The notes below the pieces were generated by a model. It worked only from the letters and a program-made list of their open reading frames with translations, had not been told where the DNA came from and made no database searches. From assembly GCF_009914755.1 (NCBI RefSeq), contig NC_060940.1: DNA of 64,000 nt; one strand, 5' to 3'. Each line of letters begins with the position of its first letter. Position 1 is the first letter of the stretch. A program made the translations under genes and the position numbers. Of this stretch, positions 53,624-64,000 are shown piece after piece. The stretch comes from the human T2T-CHM13v2.0 reference genome, Homo sapiens.

Positions 53624-53933
53624 GCCCTTCCAGCCTTGTGGTTGCATCAGAATCAGGTCTGATTGAAAGTCCTGGAACAATATGCAGAAATGGAAGAACA
53701 ACCCTATCTTATCTGTCCCCAAAGGCCAGGCCAACCAAAATGGGACAAGGAGGATGAAGGAGCCTCAAACAGAGGAGTGGTGTCTCAGGATAGGTGGTGA
53801 TGTGGGACATCAGGGGACTCTCAGGGAGCAGGGAAAAGTCCATGCCCTTCCCTGACTCCCTGGTTTGCAGAGGAGACCAAGTCAGACATAGACAGGCAGC
53901 CTCAAGGGAGCCCAGCTAAGAGTCCCAGAAAAG

Positions 53934-54234
53934 GGCCGGATGCGGTGGCTCATGCCTGTAATCCCGGCACGTGGGGAGGCTAAGGTGGGTGGATCACCTG
54001 AGGTCAGGAGTTTGAGACCAGCCTGGCCAACATGGAGAAACCCCATCTCTACTAAAAATACAAAAATTTCCCAGCCATGGTGGTGCACACCTGTAATCCC
54101 AGCTACCCAGGAGGCTGAGGCAGGAGAATCACTTGAAACCCGGGTGGCTGAGGTTGTGATGAGCTGAGATCACGCCATCACACTCCAGCCTGGGCAACAA
54201 AAGTGAAACTCTGTCTCAAAAAAAAAAAAAAAAA
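53934..54234 (+). mobile_element. AluS (Sp/Sq-like)
   Basis: TSD aagagtcccag[a/g]aaag. Confidence 0.95.
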
Positions 54235-56060
54235 AAGAGTCCCAGGAAAGGGAAAGGGAACAGACAAGGAGGGAGAACTCCATAAGGCGGCATCCAGGAA
54301 TGACTCCTGGAGGAGAAGGCATCTCAGCAGGACCTTAAGCAATGGAGAGGCTTTCATCATGCAGAAGAGAGCCAGCCTTCCTGGCCAGGAGTTCAGCATA
54401 GACAAAGGCCTGGAGGCAGGACCCTGAGTGTGTTAATCTCCTCCGCGAGGCCAGTGCATGTCTCAGACACAGATGCCACATTCTTCTCCATGTGCTGTGC
54501 TGGGCCCATCAGATGAATGCTTGAGGGATAGACACTGCAAGGAGTCAAGAAAGGCCATGGCTTCTCTGCCTGGGTTGCTGGAGGTTGGTCAATGCTGTTC
54601 CACTTCCGGAAACAATTCCAGAGACGTGTGAGGGAGAGGAGTCCCCACATCTGCCTTCTAGGGGTCCTGCTAGGGAACCTTCTAGGGTTCCAGCCATGGC
54701 AAGCTGGAAACGGGGCTGGGGAAGCCTAGGAAGGGAACTGTTGAGAGATGGCATGGGGTAGGTTGGGTCTCAGCAGAGGATGTTGGGGTCATCCCAAGGA
54801 GGCTCACCCAGGCTCAGGGCCTGGGCAGAAGGAAGGAGGGAAGGCAGGTGGATGCTTCAGGGCTCTTCCATTGTAAGGGAGAGAAAGCTGAGGCTCGGGG
54901 CTGTGGACAGAGTTTCAGAAGGGTGACTGGCTCCATCGCTCAACCTGGCTTTCCTCTGTGCCAGCCTCACTCTCAGCAGCCTTGCGCTGTGGCTCTCCCA
55001 GGGACCCTAGCACTCTGGTTCTTCTGTCCCCCTCATCCGCCAAGGGGGCTGTATGCTGGGAGTCTGCAGGCTGACTCCCTGAGAGTGTCAGAAGCCCAGT
55101 GGATAAGGAGAGCATTTGCCGCTTCAGTGCCCATTAGGTGTCGTGTGGCCTGGCTTGAGACATGTGTCAATTCAGCAAGAACTACATGGAGATGGGATAT
55201 GGCAGAGCATGTCTTCAAAAGAAAATGAGGGTGAAGTTCCCAAAAGAAGAGGGAGTGGTTGGAGGGCCCCACCAAGAGCAGCTGTTCATACAGTAGGCCA
55301 CTGCTAAATCCTTCCATCATCCAAGAGAGGCTTGCCAAACATGACATCAGCAGGATAACCAGCAGAATTTTGTGTCTCGAGGGACCCCACCATTTGGTGG
55401 TCGTGTGTTCTTAAAGCTATCCTTTCTCTTGACAACCAGAGACCTTTCCATGATTCTTTCAGCAGGCTTACAAGCTAATCATATGAAGGCATCAGTGACT
55501 CCCAGAAGTAAGAACTCTGCTTTCAGCTGGGGCTTCCTGGAAAAGGCAAGGCCTCATTGCAAAGGATAGAATTTAAGGCAGTGCAGCAGAGTGTGTGGGA
55601 CCTCCAGGAACTCCAACACATAAGGGCAAAAGACAGCCAAGGGGAGAGAGACTCCCTTCCCCAGCTTATGTCCCCATTGGAGGACGGTGGCTCTTCCAGG
55701 AACTCCAGGACTCTGGTTCTTCAGTCCCTCCTTATTGGACGGGTCCATCCATCCACCTCTCACCCAATTAGTTCAGCTCTCTCTGCTCCAGAGCTGCAGT
55801 ATAGGTATGTGTTCATAAAACAAAGGCAGGTCTGTGTGTCCGGGCCAGAGAAGATGTGTCTGTCAGAAGGGTCAGAAGAGTGGACACTGGAAACAGACAG
55901 GATAGGGAGATCAGTGAAAAAAGTCATCCAACCTTCGCACATGCCCCTAGCCATTGTCTACTGATGTTCTCCTCTGTCATCTACTCATCTTCCCATACAT
56001 CCACCAAGCACCTGCCTACTCACCTCCTAGCCATGTAACCATTTTATCCACCTGTATTAA

Positions 56061-56104
56061 TCCATCCATCCATCCATCCATCCATCCATCCATCCATCCA
56101 TCCA
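56061..56104. repeat. (TCCA)11 microsatellite
   Basis: Seen directly. Confidence 0.95.
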
Positions 56105-56209
56105 CTCATATAACTGAGAACTGCTATGAGCCAGATGCTGGGTCAGACACTGGAGATAAGTCATATCTCATCTCCAACCCCCATCCATGCTGCCTTCCCA
56201 ATACAACTG
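56096..56209 (+). repeat. Local dispersed direct repeat B, copy 2
   Basis: Lies 2577 bp downstream of copy 1. Confidence 0.85.
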
Positions 56210-57419
56210 AGAAGCCAGCTATAGGCACCACTCACTGCGTCAGTCTGTGACCAATGGTGGGAGCCCCAAGGAACATCTAATTATCACAATTACATTGTAA
56301 CTGAGTGTTGGCTGATGTGTAAGATTTGCCAGGGAAGAGGAGGAAGGACCTTCCTGGTGGAGGAAATGGCATGGGTAAATGCTGGGAGGTCTGAATGAGA
56401 ATGGTAGTTTGTTTGTTGAATAAGTGGAGAAAAGAGGTAGAAAATGACTGTGCATAGATAAGCAGGTCCTGAACCCCAGGCCCTTGGGATGACCTCTGAG
56501 TACTTGAGTCAAAGTCAAGTAAAGACTCCTGTGTTTTACGACTCTGCAGGGATGAGGGTTGAGGGGTGGGGGCGGAAGAAGGGCCGGAGGGCAAGACAAT
56601 GTAGGCAGAAAGCTTGGTTTCTGCAAAGAAGGACCCATCCCCTCCATGGTCTTCCACTAGGGAAGAAACTTCTACTTTTTCATCTACAGAGAGGGCGCTA
56701 AGATTCCTCTTGGGTTTGGATGGGGTTGGGCAGACTTGGTGGCCAAAGTGAGACTCTGAACTGGACTCCAGCTGCCCAGGTTTCTGGGTGCAGGGGCCAA
56801 TGATAGGGCTGCACGGACACTGACCACTTGTGTGATGTGCAGGATAGGGGGCTGGGGAGTTCAGAGGACAGATCCCGAGATTTAAAACCACCTGATGGAG
56901 CCATGAGTCCTGGAAGTTAGGGGGCCATCAGCATAGTAGAGAGCCCTGCAGAAGTGACAGTGACCTCGCATATCAGGGCAGCAGCTTGATAGAAAATGAC
57001 CAAGATGAGAACTGGAGGGCAGAGTACTGGGATCCTAGTTCACACTTCTTCTGCCAGCTGGGAGGCCTCTCTGAACACTGGAGTAGGTACTTCTCAGGTG
57101 CATGGGGTGGCAGGGGTGGCAGGGATGGCAGTGACCTGGAACAACAAGAATAGTGAGAGTGGATTCTACTTGATGTAACACATCAGATGTCCACAGCCTA
57201 GAGGTCACATCAACCCTGTGAAGTAGGTACTATTGTTATCCTCATTGCACAGACGAAGAAACTGAAGAACAGAGAGGCCAAGTACCTTGTCCAAGGTCAT
57301 ACAACTAGTAAGTGGCAGAGCTGGGATCAAAACTTCAGTTGTCTTGTTCAGAGTTTGTGCTCTTAACCACAACCTCAAAGCTTTCTCATTGCTATCTAGA
57401 GAACAAGGTACTAAGGTAC

Positions 57420-57850
57420 TATATTAGGCCATCCCTGCATTGCTATAAAGGAATACTTGAGGCTGGGTAATTTATAAAGAAAGGGGGTTTAACTGGCTCA
57501 CCGTTCTGCAGGCTGTACAGGAAGCATAATGCCAACATCTGCTCGACTTCTGGTGAGGGCCTCAGAAAGCTTCCATTCATGGCAGAACGCAAAGGGAGAG
57601 CAGGCATGTCACATCATGGGGAGAGCAGGAGCAAGAGCAAGAGAAAGGGGGGGTCCCAGACTCTTTTAAACAACCAGATTTCATGTGAACTAACTGAGCG
57701 AGAACTTACTCCCCACCAAAGGGATGGCGTTAAACCATTCATGAGGGATCTGCTCCCGTGATTCAATACCTCCCACCAGGCCCCACCGCCAACATTGGGA
57801 ATCACATTTCAACGTGAGTTCTGGAGGGGACAAACATCCAAACCATATCA
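57420..57850 (-). mobile_element. MSTB-like solo LTR
   Basis: tatattaggcc...catccaaaccatatca; 5-bp TSD ggtac. Confidence 0.9.
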
Positions 57851-57956
57851 GGTACTATCTGCACAGGAAGACCTGCACTGGATTGTCCATCTTGTTTTCA
57901 TTATCTTACCTAGGAGGAGAAAAGTCACCATGGGCCCACAGGACTAATTCATTCAT

Positions 57957-58050
57957 CTTCCCTTCCCTTCCCTTCCCCTTCCCTCCCTTCCCCTCCCCTC
58001 CCCTCCCCTCCCCTCCACTCCCCTCCCCTCCCCTTCCCTTCCTTTCCCTC
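57957..58050. repeat. (CCCCT/CCCTT)n polypyrimidine tract
   Basis: Seen directly. Confidence 0.95.
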
Positions 58051-58354
58051 TGTTCAAAAACTGTTTACTTGCCTTCCCTGCACATCACATCAGGTATCTA
58101 GGGAGTGTGCCCAGAACATAGTCAGAGGCCTGGGGGTGGCCTGGCCCCTGGCCCAGGCAGGACAAAGTACAGAGCTCACCTCCTGTGAGTAGGTCCCAAG
58201 TTAACACATCTTATCAAACTCAGGCCTACTACTGAAAGCAAAAAAAAAAACACCTAAAACCTCAGGATGGGAGCAATTTAGGAGAACCCTGAGCCCATAC
58301 CTGCCAAATTGGACAGACAGACAGAGAGAGAGAGACAGAAGGGCTGTGACCATG

Positions 58355-58750
58355 AACAGATGCAATTATGAGCCATGCCAACAACTCACCCTGCACACTT
58401 CCGGAAAAACAGTGAGATCTGGGGCGTCAATTATTTAAACCCTAATTAACATAGCTCTGCATGTCTTTTTGGGGGGCGCACTCAGAACACACGGCATTGT
58501 TATCGTGGAAGAAAAGAGAGAATGAAATATTGATGGGGGCCGGCTTTGTTCTCGGCTCAGCAAGAGCAGGCTGGTTGTAGAAAGTGGATTCCCGCCGTTG
58601 CTGCAGCTTTAATTAGGAAGGTCGGTGGCTTCTCGGGCGTCTTGGATTCCTTTAATTTCCACAGAGGGAAGCGGCTTCTGAATTTTATTGAACACAGTTG
58701 AATTTTTATTTTCAAAAATCAAAATAGAAACAGTTCTTGGCATCTGTTAT
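58355..58750. promoter_or_regulatory. Candidate enhancer (homeodomain, SOX, ETS)
   Basis: CACTTCCGG 58396, CTAATTAA 58442, CATTGTT 58495, CTTTGTT and TTAATTAG 58609; CpGs retained; no repeat recognised. Confidence 0.5.
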
Positions 58751-60188
58751 GAGCCCTGGGTGTTATTTGCTCTTTAGAGATAAAGTTGTTTTTATATGGG
58801 GAGAGAGAGCCAGGGAAAACGGGGCTGGAGATCTGTCCTGGGAAAGATACTCAACTGGGAGATGGTAGTCAGCAGAAAAATAAACCTCCGCTCGACCCAG
58901 CTCAGCCCGGGCTCCCCAGCATTCTGGCTGGCTCAAGAAATCCATTTGACAATAAGCAGTTTGAGCTGAGGTTGAGGCGGTTAACTCTTGGGGCTCCAGA
59001 GTCTGACCAGGCTCCAGAAGTTTCTGGGGCAGGAAATGATGTGGAGAGAAGTCCCCAAGGCCATGGCAGACCACTGCAAGGAAAGGAAACCTCAGAAGGA
59101 AGGTCCCCATTGGTAACCTCAAAAGTCAGAACCATCTCTGAATGCTCAGTCCCAGGTCCATGTGGGGTGGGGGAAGATGCCACGAAGAAGGATTCAGGTT
59201 TAAGTAACTTCTGTCCTTCCTCTTCCTTTTTGGTGGGTCAGTTGATCAGTTCGTTGATTAAACACATGTCACACATCTGGAAGCCAGGCACCCAGCAGGC
59301 ACTGGGCTACCAGAGAGACAGAGCTACAGCTGCTGCCTAACAGGGAAACCACCCAGAGCAGGACTGTGTGCACAGGCTGGGGCGCTGGTGTTGAGGTGGA
59401 ATAGGGGTTCTCTCCTGGGTGTTTGTTGGAAGAGCCTAGGGAAAATGCAGTTGGGGAGGTTTTACTCACTTGAGAAGTGACATTTGAACTGCTCATGAAG
59501 GAAAAACTCAGATTTCGAAACAAAGAAGAGAAAGAAGGGCATGCCGGGCATAGTGCATGGCCTCTGTGAAGGCATGGAGATGTTAGAGAGCAAGTCAGAA
59601 ACTGACTTGAGTTGCAGCAGAGGAAGCCGATGAGCATGAGGCCTGCCCCAGGGACAATGCTCTGGGGACAGCGTCTTTGTGGGCTCAACCTCAGGGTCCA
59701 CAGCACATGAACCAGGGAACACACTCAGCCTTGGGCTGGGGCACCTCTGCCTAAAGTTCAGGGAGTGGGATGTGAGTGCATATGGCCACCCATGTAACCC
59801 TGCCCAAACCCTGGGAGTGGGTCCCGGTGTCCTCATTTCAGTGAGAAGTATGAATAGTGGAAGCATGGAATGAGGTCACTTCTTTAGCTACAAGAATGTT
59901 CCAGTTGCAATTGAGCAAAGCCAGAGTATTCATTCAACAAATATGGAGCCCACATGTTGCGGCAGACACTGTCGGGGCTCCATGAACAAACCCCCAGATC
60001 CTTTTTCCATCTTGAGGCTCATCACATCCTGGCTCTGGATGCACTATCTCTCCCAGCAGCCGGCACCTGCATCCTTTTATTGGTGTGCTGCCCTTGGGTT
60101 GCGGTGCTTTGTCTGAATGCACGGAGAGCAGCACATACAGCCTTCTAGAGCAGCCTGATGGGGATAGGGTGTGAAAACTTCACCTGCC

Positions 60189-60691
<503 letters not shown>

Positions 60692-61050
60692 TCACTTTCA
60701 CCCAACTCTGTTTCAGGGTGGATGTTGGGGAATCCACTCAAAACATCCATTATGTTTCAGGCATGGTTTTAGGCCTGGCATCACTGTGTTAAATAAGTCA
60801 CACACATGCCATCTCCATGCACACAAACCAAGAACGTGCCAAACAATTATCTAGGTGCTAGAGGAACAGCGAGAGAACAAAAGCCTCTGCCCTCAAGGAG
60901 CTGCCATTATCATGGGGGAGACAGCCATACTTGAACACTAAATAAACAGGGTGGTCAGGAAAGGCCTCCCTGAAGAGGTGACTTTTGAATAGACACCTAG
61001 AGGAGATGGGGAGGGTTGAAGCCATGAAAATAGCTGGTATTAAGTGTTCT

Positions 61051-61812
<762 letters not shown>

Positions 61813-62496
61813 GTGTCCAGCGAGAGACAACAGCAAGTGCAAAGGCCCTGAGGCCAGTTGGTCAGAATGAATTTAAAGGGGGCAGAATAAAGGAGATGAA
61901 GGCCAGAGAAGCATGTGGTGTAGTTCTGATAGGGCCTCTACAGTCCACTGCGCACATACTGGCTTTTATTCTGAGTGTGGTGGGAACCAGCAGAGGGTTC
62001 TGATCTTTATCTCCTGCAGAGCGGTTTCAGCCCCGTTAAGAAGGCCAACAGGGAGCTGACCTCAATAGGCCACGGGATACCCTGCTCAGAGTGGACTTGT
62101 GAAGAACGATGCTCTTCAGGCAGAAGAGCATTGGCCTCTTCCTAAGAGGCTTTTTGCACCAGCTGCCACAAGAATATGCCCCTCTGCATCTTTTACACAG
62201 ATGCACACCGACACTAACAGGATCATGCCATATATGATTGCTGAAGCTGCTCCTTCTTCTCCTTACTTGCTTACTTATTCAACAAGCATTTGTTGGGCTC
62301 CTAGGCCTGTCAGGTGCTATTCTGGGCCTGGGAGCAACCTGGTAAGCAAGGCAGACAGAATCCCTGCCTGAACAGACTCCACGTTCCAGTCGGGGAAAGG
62401 GCTGAGAAACAAATGATCAGAAAAACATGGAAAATGTATTTCAGCTGGCACCAAGTCCTATATAGAAGAAAACAAAAACAAAAAACAAAAAACAGG

Positions 62497-63030
<534 letters not shown>

Positions 63031-64000
63031 GTGTTAGAGATAAAAGAATGAGGCAAAAGAGGTATTGCAGCCAGGGTTGTCAGGGAGGGCCATTCTGAGG
63101 GGGTGACACTTCAGCAGAGACATGAATAAAAACTGGTAGTCAACCCTGGGGGAAGAGCTTTCCAAACAGAGAGGACAGCCAGGGCAAAGGTTCTTGATGT
63201 GTTTAAGGAATACTTGCAGACTCAGGTTATTCTTTCTAAAGACTTTAGGGTATTTCACTCTGTGAATTAGATAACTCGGGGAATCCAGATTTCACCTTGG
63301 AATAATTTCTCAACATTGTCTTCCAATAAAAGGAGATTATCTTTCGTTCACCAGAAGGATTGCTGGAGAGTTTCTACCCTACAACTGGCTCCAAGCAGGC
63401 ATCTTGGTGCAAAAAGGCTACATTCTTCTGGGACAAACCCTTTGACCCTTCTTCAGCAACAGGGGCCCTGGGGTAGGGAGGGTGGGTGGGCTCTCCTGCT
63501 TGCAACTGTCAGGAGAGAATTTCTCCCACCTGGATAATCAGGGCAGGATATTCGCAAAGAATATCATGTCCATGACATTTTAAAAATCTCACAATAACCT
63601 GGGAAAGTTAACAGGTCCAGGGGCATCACCCCAACCCTCCATTTCATACAGGAAACTGAGCCACAGAGAAAGACAAGACTTGTCCAAGGTTTTATAGACA
63701 GTGAGTGCAGGGCGCTGGATGAGTGTCTCCCTCCATTTTCATCCCTGTTTCCCAGCCACAGAGGTACACCAAGCCATCTCTAATTTTATAAACAAAGCTC
63801 AGCTCTGAGAGTTTCTTTCTCCCAGGCCCACACCCTCTTTGCTGTGACATTTCCTCTTCCCACCTTGAGTCTGCCTCCCAGGGCCCAGCCTCGCTGGAGG
63901 CTTTGATTAAAAATGCACCTCCTAATCTCATCAGAGGCCAGAAACATGCATATATGCAAATCAACATCTGCTCATCTACTCAGGGAAGGATCTTCCCAAA

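Noticed and set aside
56682-56700. Second CTCF-like motif (AGAGGGCGCTA)
   Set aside because: The 5' half lacks the conserved CC, so the match is too weak.
56240-59340. ORFs of 204 aa (56277-56891) and 184 aa (58786-59340)
   Set aside because: They have low-information Ser/Pro/Gly-rich composition, no family resemblance and no supporting exon structure, consistent with chance ORFs in GC-rich DNA. A small spliced exon cannot be excluded without RNA data.

Overview
This is primate, very probably human, non-coding genomic DNA: it carries 13 Alus (J and S subfamilies), L1PA/L1PB/L1M LINEs, THE1/MST/MLT1/LTR16/LTR33 LTR elements, MIR, L2 and MER/Tigger DNA transposons. I can support no protein-coding gene. 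The recognisable ORFs are broken L1 ORF2, MaLR-internal, Alu or simple-repeat translations, and the rest look like chance ORFs. The notable non-repeat content is (i) an orphan CpG island at ~32.75-33.55 kb carrying homeodomain motifs and (ii) about six AT-rich, repeat-free, motif-dense blocks (~9.7, 14.1, 16.8, 21.9, 27.1 and 58.4 kb), most of them inside long stretches lacking young retroposons. By inference this resembles the enhancer landscape of a developmental gene outside the window. Smaller structures visible directly in the sequence are a 34-nt tailless U2 snRNA retrocopy with a 10-bp TSD inside an L1, two dispersed local duplications, young minisatellites, a templated inverted insertion in an Alu, a re-used insertion site, a full-length THE1 with DUX4 motifs in both LTRs, and a strong Alu strand bias. 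I see no evidence of a new protein-coding system. Repeat subfamily names come from recalled consensus sequences and need RepeatMasker/Dfam confirmation. Boundaries of old repeats are approximate, and many small MIR/L2 fragments are not listed.
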